From the NCBI GenBank assembly GCA_903879715.1, contig CAIRMR010000032.1, positions 11,022-75,021 on the forward strand: a stretch of 64,000 bases of DNA, read 5' to 3'. Under the pieces are notes generated by a model. The model saw nothing but the letters and a program-made list of their open reading frames with translations, ran no database searches and was not told where the DNA came from. Of the stretch, positions 28,118-38,898 are shown piece after piece. The DNA comes from an uncultured Bacteroidales bacterium (lineage in GTDB: Bacteria; Bacteroidota; Bacteroidia; Bacteroidales; UBA4417). The position numbers and the translations under genes were made by a program. Each line of letters opens with the position of its first letter. The first letter of the stretch is position 1.

Positions 28118-29176
28118 TCAATTAATTGTAGAAAATATTATGATTTTCCTTCTGGAGAATGTTCCATCAGGCAGTGCTTTAGCTTTAACCTCACTATAAT
28201 CGATAGGAGAAGAAATTTTCAGGAGTCTTAATAATTCATCAAGGGGTTCATTTGCAAATGTTGCCCTGTAGCGGTATTTTTTAATTTCGTCTCCTTTAAT
28301 TTCTATATCAACATTGTATTGAAGGCTGATTCGCCTGGCAACTTCACTGATATTGTCATTTCGGAATACCAGTTTGCCATCTATCCACGCAAAATGTTTA
28401 TACGTATCTTCGTTTTGAATACGAACATGCCCGCTTAACGTATCGTATGACATATGCTGATTGGGCTGAAGTAAAGTGATCAGGTCATTCGTTTTGCCTG
28501 AATTCGTCTTTTGAACAGTAACTTTTCCTTCGACCAGTGTAACTGATGGAGTACGGAAATTTTTCTCTGCCCTGACATTAAACCTGGTACCAGTGGCTTT
28601 TACAGTAAAATATGGAGTAGTAACAAAGAAAGGCATGCTTTTATCGGAATGAACTTCGAAGTAAGCTTCACCTGTAAGATATACAGTACGGTTATCTTTA
28701 CTAAACTTATCCGGGTATCGTAAGCTGCTGCCGGAATTCAGCCAGACTTTTGATCCGTCAGGCAATTCGAACTGCGAGAAAGTGCCGAATGCGGCTACTA
28801 CGTTATTGTATGTAAGAGCCAAATAAGCATTATTTGTTTGCTTACCAAAACCCATCCAAAGCATGGAAATAACTAATGGAATAAATAGTATTGCAGCTAC
28901 TCTTTGAAATAACTGCCAGAAAGTTAATCCGTGCTCACTGGCATTTATTTGTCTTAAAACTTTAGCTAAGGCTTTTTCAGTAGATATTGGCAATTCAACA
29001 GAAGCTTCCCAAATATTTTTAAACTGTCTGAAATACTTTTGATTTTCATCCGATTCACGAATCCATGATTCCAGCATTAGGATTTCATCCTCTGAAAGAT
29101 TACCACCCAGGTAATTTGCAATTAAATTATCAACCAAATCTGAATTATTCTTATCCATATTTTTCTCAATCATCAT
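28118..29176 (-). CDS. FecR family anti-sigma factor / transmembrane sensor
   Basis: N-terminal anti-sigma region, a single TM helix (AAILFIPLVISMLWM), a FecR domain and a C-terminal DUF4974-like region. Confidence 0.8.
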   Translation of the reverse strand: MMIEKNMDKNNSDLVDNLIANYLGGNLSEDEILMLESWIRESDENQKYFRQFKNIWEASVELPISTEKALAKVLRQINASEHGLTFWQLFQRVAAILFIPLVISMLWMGFGKQTNNAYLALTYNNVVAAFGTFSQFELPDGSKVWLNSGSSLRYPDKFSKDNRTVYLTGEAYFEVHSDKSMPFFVTTPYFTVKATGTRFNVRAEKNFRTPSVTLVEGKVTVQKTNSGKTNDLITLLQPNQHMSYDTLSGHVRIQNEDTYKHFAWIDGKLVFRNDNISEVARRISLQYNVDIEIKGDEIKKYRYRATFANEPLDELLRLLKISSPIDYSEVKAKALPDGTFSRRKIIIFSTIN

Positions 29177-29278
29177 AACGACGTTTTAAAAATCATAATC
29201 CACATCAACAAAATGATATTTTTGCTCAATACTGTAAATAAGTCTGCTTGCGTGGTAATAAAAGGCAAATAAAAGTTC

Positions 29279-29866
29279 TTAATGGAAGAATTGAAATAGC
29301 ATTAAAACCAATACAAGAAAATCTTTCAGTTCTTCCCTCAATAAATTTAAGGCTTTAGATATCCGTACTTCAACTGTCCGCACAGATACATTAAGTTTTT
29401 GTGCAATCTCCTGATAGTTCATGGTTTCAATGCGGCTCATCCGATATGCTTCAGCATATTCAAAAGGTATTTTTTCCATCGCATGGTTAAAGTTTGCCTG
29501 TAATTCAGAATGCAATATGTAATTTTCGGTATCATTTTCCGAAAGCGAAGGATGTTCCAGGACTTTTGAAGCATATTTATTCGTGATGTTCACATGCCGC
29601 AAACTATCAATACTGCGGTTTTGCACAGTTTTTAATAAGAATGATCGAAGGGAATTGTTAATCACCATTGTAGTACGATTTTCCCAAAGTTTCAAAAACA
29701 CCTCCTGAACGATCTCTTCAGCGGCAGCTGAATTCCTTGTATACCCGAATGAAAACCGAACAAGGTCCTGGTAATATTTTGTGAAGATTATAGTAAATGC
29801 GGATTGGTCATCGTTTTTAAGCTTCTCAAGCAGAATTCTTTCGTACGAGACCACTAACTCTGACAT
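29279..29866 (-). CDS. ECF-type RNA polymerase sigma-70 factor
   Basis: Region 2 (AAEEIVQEVFLKLWE) and region 4 HTH (NYQEIAQKLNVSVRTVEVRISKAL). Confidence 0.85.
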   Translation of the reverse strand: MSELVVSYERILLEKLKNDDQSAFTIIFTKYYQDLVRFSFGYTRNSAAAEEIVQEVFLKLWENRTTMVINNSLRSFLLKTVQNRSIDSLRHVNITNKYASKVLEHPSLSENDTENYILHSELQANFNHAMEKIPFEYAEAYRMSRIETMNYQEIAQKLNVSVRTVEVRISKALNLLREELKDFLVLVLMLFQFFH

Positions 29867-30089
29867 AAAACTTAAATTTATAGTTACAAATGTATTCTAT
29901 AATTTTAAATTGTATAAAGATAATATGGATAAGAATACTCAGGAATAAATAAATCCCAAAAACAGTCCACTCCGATTTAGGTTTCCGAAAATCGGGACTA
30001 GTTTTAAAATGACGGTTTACCCTTACGACTTCGATAGATGGCATGCCTGACTGATTCAATCAATACATTTTATTTAATCCAGGTAAAAT

Positions 30090-30500
30090 TTACTGCTTTT
30101 TAAAAAATACCTTTTCCACGACCAATCCAAACCCGACACCTACAGTGTAACAAACCAAATCGCTCCACAGAAAGCCGAAACCAAGTACCAATCCGCCCAA
30201 AGAATTTGATCGGAGAGCATCAATCCAGAATGCGTGGTACAACTGGCTTATTTCAATACTAAACGAAAATGCTAATGCGGCAATGGCTACCCACAGAGTA
30301 CTTTTTCTATGAAAAAAGAAACCCAAAAGAAGAAAAACCATCAATGCCCACAATGCATCCCCCGAATATAATTGTACCCAATGTGGTAAAAAACCGGGAA
30401 AATGACGCGATGCCAAGCCTGTGCCTATTGTAAAGACCAGGAAAAATAAATATAAGGGACGATTTCGGTGCACTTGTGAACCTTTTAAAAAATCCATCAC
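30090..30500 (-). CDS. small polytopic membrane protein (DUF2809-like)
   Basis: Four hydrophobic helices and a GDALWALMVFL motif. The family assignment is tentative. Confidence 0.4.
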   Translation of the reverse strand: MMDFLKGSQVHRNRPLYLFFLVFTIGTGLASRHFPGFLPHWVQLYSGDALWALMVFLLLGFFFHRKSTLWVAIAALAFSFSIEISQLYHAFWIDALRSNSLGGLVLGFGFLWSDLVCYTVGVGFGLVVEKVFFKKQ

Positions 30501-30579
30501 ACCTCAGTATGCATATCTTGAAGCATCATTCGTAAAAGTATAAATGGGGCAATCAGAAAACTGATATCGTTTGTCACTA

Positions 30580-32223
30580 TCAAGCGTAAAGATATCGTTT
30601 GATCTTCTGGGTGGCCGTTTTTTCAAATGGCTGAGGCATCACAATGACTTCCTGTATCTGTGAAAATTTATTCACCCGGTGGTTCACATAGGCTTGAAGC
30701 TCAACCCGGAGTTTTTCGATTTCATGCTCAATATAATCGACGTTCTCTTCCCTGAGATGACGGTGCTGTACCTGGATTTCTTCACGGTTGAAATGGACCA
30801 GGGTAACCAGTTTACCCTTCTGATCAAATACAAGAGAATCGGCAACATGCCGGAAATTATTTATTACTGATTCAATTTCTTCCGGGAATATATTTTCACC
30901 GCCTGAACGCACTATCATATTCCTGATACGTCCTTTAATGAAAAGGTACCCATCTGCGTCAAAAACGCCCAGATCTCCGGTTTTAAGCCAGCCATCAGGA
31001 GTGAGTATCTCTTGAGTTAATCCGGGCTCCTTATAATATCCCAGCATCACATTTGGACCTTTTGCCCATATCTCGCCTTCACCGGTTATTTTATCCGGAT
31101 TATGAATTATAAGTTCAATTCCTTCAATAGCCGGCCCGGTTGACTGTAACCTGAAATTCAAGGGATTGGAACCGGCAAGCAATGGTGACGATTCAGTTAA
31201 ACCGTATCCGATAGCGTAAGGGAATTTAGCCTCAATTAAAAATTTCTCGACCGTTTTATTGAGCTTAGCTCCGCCTATACCGAAGAAATGAAGTTCTCCT
31301 CCGAAAGTCTCCATTAGTTTCTTTCCTGCGAGTACATTAATTTTCTTACGGATAAAAGGAATATGTATTGCGAGCCGGAGTAGAATATTTCCGGTGAATT
31401 TTGGTTTTATCTGGTTGCGGAATATTTTCTCAATGATCAAAGGAACCGTTAACATGATGGTTGGTTTAATCACTTTAAGAGCGGGAAGAAGAATAGACGG
31501 TGTAGGTACTTTTCCAAGGTAATAGATACAGGCGCCCCGGGTCATGGGGAAAATCAAACCGATTGTATTTTCGTAAGTGTGGGAGAGAGGAAGTACCGAA
31601 AGAAACTTATCTGTTTCATTTATTTCCTGAACCCGGTTACTCATCAATGCTGTGAAACTAATGTTTCCATGAGTGAGCATAACACCTTTCGATTTCCCAG
31701 TTGTTCCTGAAGTATAAATAATAGCTGCCAGATCGCCGGAGGAAACATTGTATTGCCTGATCGGTTTGGCATCTGGGATAATTATTGCAGTTTCCTGTTC
31801 ATCATCAAAGAGAGTAAAATCTTCAATCCTGATCCTCATTGGCAATTTTCCACTCGCGATCTCAGTGATTTTTGATCGTAACCCGTCGGATACAAATATT
31901 GCTTTAGTTTCGGAGTGTTCGAGTATATTTGCTATTTCCGATGAGTGAAAATCGGGTAATAAAGGCACTACTATCGCGCCCATGAAAGTAATGGCATAAT
32001 AACTGATTCCCCAATTGGGAATACTGGAACTAAGAATGGCTATTTTGTCACCTTGTAGTATTCCAAGTTTTTCCATCAAAGCAATTAATGCCTTTATTTT
32101 GCTATCAAGTTCATTGTAAGTGATAGGATTTTCACCCACAAGGGCCATGGCCGGACGTTCTCCATTTTTCCTGATTGTTTCAGCAAAAAGTGCCGGGAAG
32201 GTCAGGTTTTCAGTTTCCAACAT
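30580..32223 (-). CDS. AMP-dependent synthetase/ligase (long-chain fatty-acid--CoA ligase-like)
   Basis: AMP-binding motif IIYTSGTTGKSKGVMLTH, then GYGLTE and TGDLG...GR. Confidence 0.85.
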   Translation of the reverse strand: MLETENLTFPALFAETIRKNGERPAMALVGENPITYNELDSKIKALIALMEKLGILQGDKIAILSSSIPNWGISYYAITFMGAIVVPLLPDFHSSEIANILEHSETKAIFVSDGLRSKITEIASGKLPMRIRIEDFTLFDDEQETAIIIPDAKPIRQYNVSSGDLAAIIYTSGTTGKSKGVMLTHGNISFTALMSNRVQEINETDKFLSVLPLSHTYENTIGLIFPMTRGACIYYLGKVPTPSILLPALKVIKPTIMLTVPLIIEKIFRNQIKPKFTGNILLRLAIHIPFIRKKINVLAGKKLMETFGGELHFFGIGGAKLNKTVEKFLIEAKFPYAIGYGLTESSPLLAGSNPLNFRLQSTGPAIEGIELIIHNPDKITGEGEIWAKGPNVMLGYYKEPGLTQEILTPDGWLKTGDLGVFDADGYLFIKGRIRNMIVRSGGENIFPEEIESVINNFRHVADSLVFDQKGKLVTLVHFNREEIQVQHRHLREENVDYIEHEIEKLRVELQAYVNHRVNKFSQIQEVIVMPQPFEKTATQKIKRYLYA

Positions 32224-32442
32224 TATTGGTAATTTTTCAGTAAATATATAACTTTTTAAAGAGCTTTCAAAAATCCTTGATTTGGCACTAAAGAGACTTT
32301 TTTTTTATGGCTTTATGGTTCATCTCAGCCAAACTTATTCCACTAAACTATGTTAATGAATAAAGCGAGTGCAAGTTTAATACTATTTGCGGAGGATTAA
32401 AATATTTTCACCCTTATTTTTGTAATAAACATGATTTAACTA

Positions 32443-33075
32443 ATGAAGTATTCCTGTTTTCTTTTCATAATATTAACCATTATTCAAGTTCCGATGGCAG
32501 CAGATGTCTATGGCCAATCCTGGAAGTTTGCAAAAGAAAAAGATGGTATTAAAATATATACGCGTGATGAATTAAACAGTCCGCTCAAATCTTACAGAGG
32601 AGAGATAACATTCAAGGCGGATATAACTAAGGTTAACTTATTGGTAGGGAATGCTGATAATCTCGATTGGTGGGATAAAAACATCAGCAATGTTAGAATT
32701 ATTGAATTTCAGAAAGATAAGCTTATTCGCTATTACCTTGTTTATCATGTGCCCTGGCCGCTTTCCAACCGCGATCTGGTACTCGAATCAAAAATCACAA
32801 CTGATCCGGTTACCTTGGCAAGAACTGTATTTTCAAAACCTCTCATTAATGTAGTTCCTGAAAGCAAAGACCTTGTCAGGATTAAAAAGTACTGGCAAAA
32901 ATGGACGGTTCTTCCCATGAAAAACGGGTTTATTCATGTTACAATCGAAGGTTTTGTTGATCCTAACGGGAATGTTCCTGCCTGGCTGTATAACACGACT
33001 GTTACAGAAACTCCGTTTAATGTATTGAAAACTTTGAGGGAAAGAGCTTTATCCGATAAACCAGCGAAGGGTTAA
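32443..33075 (+). CDS. START/lipid-binding domain protein (secreted)
   Basis: Signal peptide. W..aKEKDGIKIYTR...PWPLSNRDLV pattern typical of the START-like fold. Confidence 0.55.
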   Translation: MKYSCFLFIILTIIQVPMAADVYGQSWKFAKEKDGIKIYTRDELNSPLKSYRGEITFKADITKVNLLVGNADNLDWWDKNISNVRIIEFQKDKLIRYYLVYHVPWPLSNRDLVLESKITTDPVTLARTVFSKPLINVVPESKDLVRIKKYWQKWTVLPMKNGFIHVTIEGFVDPNGNVPAWLYNTTVTETPFNVLKTLRERALSDKPAKG

Positions 33076-33134
33076 AAATTGAATACCGGGATGATAGAAT
33101 TTCACTCTCAATGTACAAATTAAATAATGTTTTG

Positions 33135-34073
33135 TTACTCATTTGTTATCACCGTCAACCGGGAAGCAAATTCTTCGGAAATATAATTATCGAAACTCAT
33201 ACAGACTTCTGCCGAAAAGGAAATTCCATTTGCAATAATGTTTTCCATGATATTTAACGGAAGATTTGCTGTTTCCTTCTTATTAATTCCGCAATTTACC
33301 AGTGTCCAGATCAGTCCGGCATTAAAATTATCCCCCGCTCCTATTGTACTTACAGGCTCAATAACCGGAACCCTGGCAGACACAGTCTGATAAGGATTTA
33401 TCATCACTACATCCTTACTGTTGGCAGTATAAATTAAATTGCTACATCCTTTCTCATTACAAATTTTAAATGCATCAGCTGCATTATCTACGCCAAATAT
33501 CAGCTCAAAATCTTCGTCCGAAGCCCTGACTATATCGGAAATCGCAATATTTTCAATAATATAAGACTTAAGCTTTTCAAGCTCGTGAAGATGAGGTTTT
33601 CGGAAATTAGGATCATAAATAATGATACAACCTTTCTCGCGGGCTTGATTCAGAAATCTTAAAAGTACCGGCCTGATGCTTTCAGTAAGAGCAAAGAAAC
33701 TCCCGAATAAAACAATATCCTCTTTCTGAAAATCAAGTTTCAGGTTAGTGAGACGGCTTTCCGGAAAATCCTTATAAAATGTATAGGATGCGTCATTCAT
33801 TTCATTAAGAAAAGCAATGGCAATGGATGTCTTGCGGTTCTTGTAACGCTCAATATAATTGATTGAAACTCCGTTCTCGGAAAGGAAACTTAGTATAGTA
33901 TCAGCAATCAAATCTTTTCCCAGATCAGATACAAAATTTACATCCAACCCAAGCCTGCCAAGACTTACCGATGTATTAAGCATAGAACCTCCAGCTTTGG
34001 CGGTAACGGGTTGAGCGTTTTTAAAAATGATATCGTAAACGGTTTCCCCGAATGTGAAGATACGTGGTGGCAT
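33135..34073 (-). CDS. PfkB family carbohydrate kinase (fructokinase/ribokinase-like)
   Basis: N-terminal GE.V.D and a C-terminal TIGAGDNFNAG motif. Confidence 0.75.
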   Translation of the reverse strand: MPPRIFTFGETVYDIIFKNAQPVTAKAGGSMLNTSVSLGRLGLDVNFVSDLGKDLIADTILSFLSENGVSINYIERYKNRKTSIAIAFLNEMNDASYTFYKDFPESRLTNLKLDFQKEDIVLFGSFFALTESIRPVLLRFLNQAREKGCIIIYDPNFRKPHLHELEKLKSYIIENIAISDIVRASDEDFELIFGVDNAADAFKICNEKGCSNLIYTANSKDVVMINPYQTVSARVPVIEPVSTIGAGDNFNAGLIWTLVNCGINKKETANLPLNIMENIIANGISFSAEVCMSFDNYISEEFASRLTVITNE

Positions 34074-34140
34074 GCGGTCAGGATTTAATACTAATATTTT
34101 GCTTAGGAAAACTCACTTTTCAAGCGCGAGCTAATCACTT

Positions 34141-34683
34141 TTACTTCACCAATTTTGAGATTGCCTTAAAAGTCTCCGTTCCGCTAAAACGTGTTAATTC
34201 GAACAAAATGGATTCCAGGCTTGAGATTATAACACCTTCCTGCCTCATTCGTTCGATGGCTGTATGCTTATCCGAAAGTTTACGCGACGAAACGCAATCT
34301 TCAATAACAATTGGCTGATAACCCGATTGAAGCAAATCAATTGCAGTCTGCAAAACGCAGACATGAGTTTCAATTCCACAAAGTATAACATTTTTCCTGC
34401 CTGTTGTACTCAGTATATTTGCAAACTGAGGCTCATCACAACAGGAAAATGCAGTTTTTTCAATTGCAGAATAATCCCCAATTGACATTTTTAAAGGAAG
34501 AATCGTAAATCCTAATCCTTTGGTATATTGCTCCGTAACAAGAAAAGGTATTTCAAGGACTTTTAAGCCGGCGGCTAAGGTGATTAAATTCTGTTCCAGC
34601 TGGTCCATTTCCTGCATATGAGGAAACAGCTTTTCCTGGATATCTATAAAAACGCCGATTGTATTTTCTTTAAGAATACGCAT
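34141..34683 (-). CDS. isochorismatase-family cysteine hydrolase
   Basis: 180 aa. VILCGIETHVCVLQTAIDL motif with the catalytic Cys context. Confidence 0.7.
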   Translation of the reverse strand: MRILKENTIGVFIDIQEKLFPHMQEMDQLEQNLITLAAGLKVLEIPFLVTEQYTKGLGFTILPLKMSIGDYSAIEKTAFSCCDEPQFANILSTTGRKNVILCGIETHVCVLQTAIDLLQSGYQPIVIEDCVSSRKLSDKHTAIERMRQEGVIISSLESILFELTRFSGTETFKAISKLVK

Positions 34684-34700
34684 GACTCTTATGTAACTTA

Positions 34701-34840
34701 GGTTGAGTTAAAGTATAAAGGTTGAGGGGGAGGTTGAGGTTGAGGTTGAAGTTAAGGTTAAGGTGGAGGTTAAGGTTAAGGTGGAGGTTGAGGTTAAGGT
34801 TTAGGCTTAAACCTCTCAACCTTTAAACTTAACCTTTTTA
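34701..34840. repeat. low-complexity GGTTGAGG/GGTTAAGG word tract followed by reverse-complement words
   Basis: GGTTGAGGGGGAGGTTGAGGTTGAGGTTGAAGTTAAGGTTAAGGTGGAGG... then CTTAAACCTCTCAACCTTTAAACTTAACC. Confidence 0.8.
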
Positions 34841-34890
34841 AACTCTTATTCAGCTTATTCTAACAGGTCTAAATCACAGCTGCAGAGGGA

Positions 34891-35511
34891 CTATTTAGAC
34901 TCGCTTCTGGATTTCTGCCCCAGGTATCCGCCATGATGCCTCTTGGCATAATCAGCATGAGTGAAACCGATTTTCTTCATTTCGAGAACTACCAAAATAT
35001 CGCCGATAACGGTCATGGTAGTGGTTGAAGTTGTAGGTGTTAAGCCAAGAGCACAAACTTCCTTCGGATTTCCGGTAAACAAGCTTACTTCGGCAATTTT
35101 CGGAAGTTCACCATCGGGGTTACCGGTAATTACAATTAAAGGAACCTGTTCGTAAAGGTTGTTGGTGAGCTGAACCAATTCAATAATTTCGCGGGTTTTG
35201 CCGGAATTGGAAAGGACTATGAGTATATCATTTTCACGGATTACGCCCAGATCGCCGTGCTGCGCTTCGCTGGGGTGAAGAAATACCGCGGGAGTTCCTG
35301 TTGAACAAAGCGTTGTAGCAATATTTTCAGCAATCTGGCCGGCTTTTCCCATGCCGCTGGCAATAACTTTGCCACCTTCAACATGGACTTTCTGATATAT
35401 CAGGTCGACAGCTTTAAAATAATTTTCCGATACAGGAATATTCTGAACTGCTTCAGCTTCCTTTTTCAATAAATCAACAATTTCCTGAAGAGATTCAGAC
35501 TGGTTAGGCAT
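34891..35511 (-). CDS. SIS-domain-only sugar-phosphate isomerase (KpsF/KdsD-type arabinose-5-phosphate isomerase-like, no CBS domains)
   Basis: GMGKAGQIAENIATTLCSTGTPAVFLHPSEAQHGDLG...LSNSGKTREI. Confidence 0.65.
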   Translation of the reverse strand: MPNQSESLQEIVDLLKKEAEAVQNIPVSENYFKAVDLIYQKVHVEGGKVIASGMGKAGQIAENIATTLCSTGTPAVFLHPSEAQHGDLGVIRENDILIVLSNSGKTREIIELVQLTNNLYEQVPLIVITGNPDGELPKIAEVSLFTGNPKEVCALGLTPTTSTTTMTVIGDILVVLEMKKIGFTHADYAKRHHGGYLGQKSRSESK

Positions 35512-35520
35512 AAAAGTGTA

Positions 35521-36477
35521 TTAAAGTTTAGCGGCAATAAATTTTTCGAGTTTGATAAGATCTTCGGTAAACTTCCTGATTCCTTCCGAAAGTTTTTCAA
35601 CCGCCATGGCATCTTCATTGTGCAACCAGCGGTAAGTACTTTCATCAAGGTGAATTTGCTGAATATCCATTGTCTTTGATTTTTCAGGATCAAGTTTCCT
35701 AAGAAGTACACCTTCATTATTCTCAAGTTCCGAGAGAAGGTTCGGGGAAATGGTTAACAGGTCGCATCCGGCAAGTTCGATGATCTCCCCGATATTCCGG
35801 AAACTGGCGCCCATAACCTCTGTTTTATAGTCAAACTTCTTGTAATAGTTATAAATGTAATTCACGCTGAGAACACCCGGATCTTCTGTTGCAGGTATCG
35901 AATCCACTCCACGGTCTTTCTTATGCCAATCATAAATACGACCAACAAAAGGCGAAATAAGCTGAACCTCAGCTTCGGCGCACGCAATAGCCTGCGCTTT
36001 ACTGAAAAGCAAAGTAAGGTTACAATGAATACCTTCCTTTTCAAGTTGTTCGGCGGCACGGATTCCTTCCCAGGTACTGGCAAGCTTAACTAAAATTTTA
36101 TCGCGGGAGATTCCGTTTCCTTCGTAAATACCAATTAATTTCCGGGCTTTGGCCAGGCTCCCTTCAATATCAAATGACAACCTTGCGTCAACCTCTGTGG
36201 AAACGCGTCGGGGTACAACTTTTAGTATTTCCATTCCAAAGTTAACGGCCAGCATATCCAGGCTTTCAGCAAGCTTTGATCCGGAATTGCTGCCATGTTT
36301 TTTGCCGTAATCCACGGCAGCATCCACCAGGTGCGCATATTCCTTTTTCTGTGAAGCCGCGTAAATCAGCGAGGGATTGGTTGTTGCGTCAATGGGTTTA
36401 AACTGAGCTATGCTTTCGAAATCACCTGTATCGGCAACCACTAATGTATATTGCTTAAGTTGTTCAAGGAGGTTCAT
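35521..36477 (-). CDS. tal: transaldolase
   Basis: [23 protein letters not shown]...DATTNPSL...[11 protein letters not shown]...[29 protein letters not shown]. Start taken at the internal ATG (36477) rather than the ORF-track 36504. Confidence 0.9.
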   Translation of the reverse strand: MNLLEQLKQYTLVVADTGDFESIAQFKPIDATTNPSLIYAASQKKEYAHLVDAAVDYGKKHGSNSGSKLAESLDMLAVNFGMEILKVVPRRVSTEVDARLSFDIEGSLAKARKLIGIYEGNGISRDKILVKLASTWEGIRAAEQLEKEGIHCNLTLLFSKAQAIACAEAEVQLISPFVGRIYDWHKKDRGVDSIPATEDPGVLSVNYIYNYYKKFDYKTEVMGASFRNIGEIIELAGCDLLTISPNLLSELENNEGVLLRKLDPEKSKTMDIQQIHLDESTYRWLHNEDAMAVEKLSEGIRKFTEDLIKLEKFIAAKL

Positions 36478-36742
36478 ATTGCACTGTTTAAATTTAAAAA
36501 ACAAAGGTAAAACTAATTTGGTAAAGTGCTAAAGTTAATATGCCTCCGTTTTAAAAAAGCGGTGCCATAAATTGCCGCAACTATAATTTTGTCCAAAAGT
36601 GTTTGATTTGCGGCTCCAACCTTTCTGATTTCACCGATCAAACCAAAGCACTCATCGATTAACATATAATTCATCCACAACAATTTATACTTTTACATGC
36701 ATTTTTGTATAAACTAAATTCAAATCAAACAAATCAACTAGT

Positions 36743-38800
36743 ATGAACTTTTTATTAAAACAATCACTTATGGCAACTGCAGGTATTATAGCTCTTGCAA
36801 TAGGAACCAGCGGATGCGGAGATTCAGGGAAAGACAAAAAAACTGAACCCGCATTAAGCGCCTCTAACATGGATACAACAATAAAAGCCGGCGACGACTT
36901 TTACAAATTTGCTAATGGCAACTGGTTGAAAAACAATCCTATTCCTGACGAATACAGTCGTTACGGCGCATTCGAAGTTCTGGAAGAGGAAAACTACACC
37001 CAACTAAAAACTATTTTGGCCGAAGCTTCCGCTGATAAAAATGCTTCTGAAGGAACGGTAAATCAGAAAATCCGCGATTTTTATAATTCCGGAATGGATA
37101 CGGTGAAAATCGACAAAAATGGCATTAGTCCACTGAAAGCGGAACTCGACCAGATTGACGCATTTGCGACCAAAGCCGATGTACAGAAAATGGTCATTCT
37201 GCAGCACGCTTCAGGTAATTATCCGTTGTTCTATTTGTTCAGCAGCCAGGATGAGAAAAATTCGAACCAGGTAATTGCAATGACTTACCAGGGTGGACTT
37301 GGTCTTCCCGACAGGGATTATTACCTGGGTGATGATGCACGTTCTAAGGAAATCCGCGCAAGCTACCTGAAACATATGGCTAAAATGTTTGTTTTGGCAG
37401 GATCAACTCCCGAACAAGCTGCTAAAGACGCAAATGTGGTGATGACTATTGAAACCCAATTGGCTAAAATTTCATCTACCCGCCTCGAACTGCGCGATCC
37501 TAAAGCAAATTATAACAAATCAGACCTCGCCGGCTTACAGAAAATAGCTCCTGAAATGGATTGGAAAGCGTATTTTGATGGAATTAAACTCCAGGCTACC
37601 AGCGAAATTAATGTAGGACAACCTAAATTTATAAGCGGAATGTCCAAAATGATCAATTCCGTTCCGGTTGCTGATTGGAAAATTTATTTCCGGTGGGATC
37701 TTATTAATTCAGCTGCATCATCACTTTCGTCGGATTTCGATAAAGAACATTTTGCATTTTACGGAACTGTTTTATCCGGAGCAAAGGAACAGCAACCACG
37801 CTGGAAACGTATGATTGACCAAACCAGCAATTCGTTGGGTGAAGCTGTTGGACAACTTTATGTTCAGAAATTCTTCCCTCCCGAAGCTAAGAAACGTATG
37901 ACCGAACTGGTGAATAATCTGAAAGTATCACTTGGCGAACGTATACAGGGACTTGCCTGGATGAATGAAGCTACCAAGAAAGAAGCCGAAGCCAAACTTG
38001 TTAAAATCAATGTTAAAATCGGTTATCCGGATAAATGGATTGATTACGGCAGCCTCACCATTGGCACTGATTCATATTACGCAAATAAGAAAAATGCCCG
38101 TCAGTTTGCTGTAAACCGCGACATAACAAAAATCGGAAAACCAGTTGACCGCAGCGAATGGGGCATGACACCGCAAACCATTAATGCCTATTACAGCCCG
38201 AATATGAATGAAATCGTATTCCCGGCAGCTATCCTACAACCTCCGTTCTTCTTTATGAATGCTGATGACGCGGTAAATTACGGCGCTATCGGAATGGTAA
38301 TTTCACACGAAATGACTCATGGTTTCGATGACCAGGGCCGTCAGTATGATAAAGAAGGCAACCTTCACGACTGGTGGCTTGCCGACGATTCGAAGAATTT
38401 TGAAGCTAAAACCAAAGTCCTAGTTGATCAATACGATAGCTATGTTATGCTTGAGACACTTCATGTGGATGGAAAACTTACCCTGGGCGAAAACATCGCC
38501 GACCTCGGTGGAATGAATGTTGCGTACAATGGTCTGCAAAAAGCTCTCAATGGGAAAAAGGATAAGAATATCGACGGGTTTACAGCCGATCAGCGCTTTT
38601 TCCTTTCGTATGCCCAGGTTTGGCGTGCCAATACCCGCACCGAAGAAACCATGCGTCGCCTCAAGGAAGATGTACATTCTCCTGCTGATGCTCGTGTAAA
38701 TGCCATTGTATATAATATTCCTGCTTTTTATGCGGCTTTTAATATTCAGCCTACGGATAAAAGGTATATTGCGCCTGAAAACAGGGCGGATATCTGGTAA
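36743..38800 (+). CDS. M13 family zinc metallopeptidase (PepO/neprilysin-like endopeptidase), lipoprotein
   Basis: Lipobox GTSGC, zinc motif VISHEMTHGFDD, then GENIADLGG. Confidence 0.9.
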   Translation: MNFLLKQSLMATAGIIALAIGTSGCGDSGKDKKTEPALSASNMDTTIKAGDDFYKFANGNWLKNNPIPDEYSRYGAFEVLEEENYTQLKTILAEASADKNASEGTVNQKIRDFYNSGMDTVKIDKNGISPLKAELDQIDAFATKADVQKMVILQHASGNYPLFYLFSSQDEKNSNQVIAMTYQGGLGLPDRDYYLGDDARSKEIRASYLKHMAKMFVLAGSTPEQAAKDANVVMTIETQLAKISSTRLELRDPKANYNKSDLAGLQKIAPEMDWKAYFDGIKLQATSEINVGQPKFISGMSKMINSVPVADWKIYFRWDLINSAASSLSSDFDKEHFAFYGTVLSGAKEQQPRWKRMIDQTSNSLGEAVGQLYVQKFFPPEAKKRMTELVNNLKVSLGERIQGLAWMNEATKKEAEAKLVKINVKIGYPDKWIDYGSLTIGTDSYYANKKNARQFAVNRDITKIGKPVDRSEWGMTPQTINAYYSPNMNEIVFPAAILQPPFFFMNADDAVNYGAIGMVISHEMTHGFDDQGRQYDKEGNLHDWWLADDSKNFEAKTKVLVDQYDSYVMLETLHVDGKLTLGENIADLGGMNVAYNGLQKALNGKKDKNIDGFTADQRFFLSYAQVWRANTRTEETMRRLKEDVHSPADARVNAIVYNIPAFYAAFNIQPTDKRYIAPENRADIW

Positions 38801-38898
38801 AAGGAAGATTTGATCATCTGAATACTAAATGTCGGATGTCGGATGTCGGAAACACGGCACCCGGCGCCCGGCACAATAAAAGCAACCCAATAAGTACA

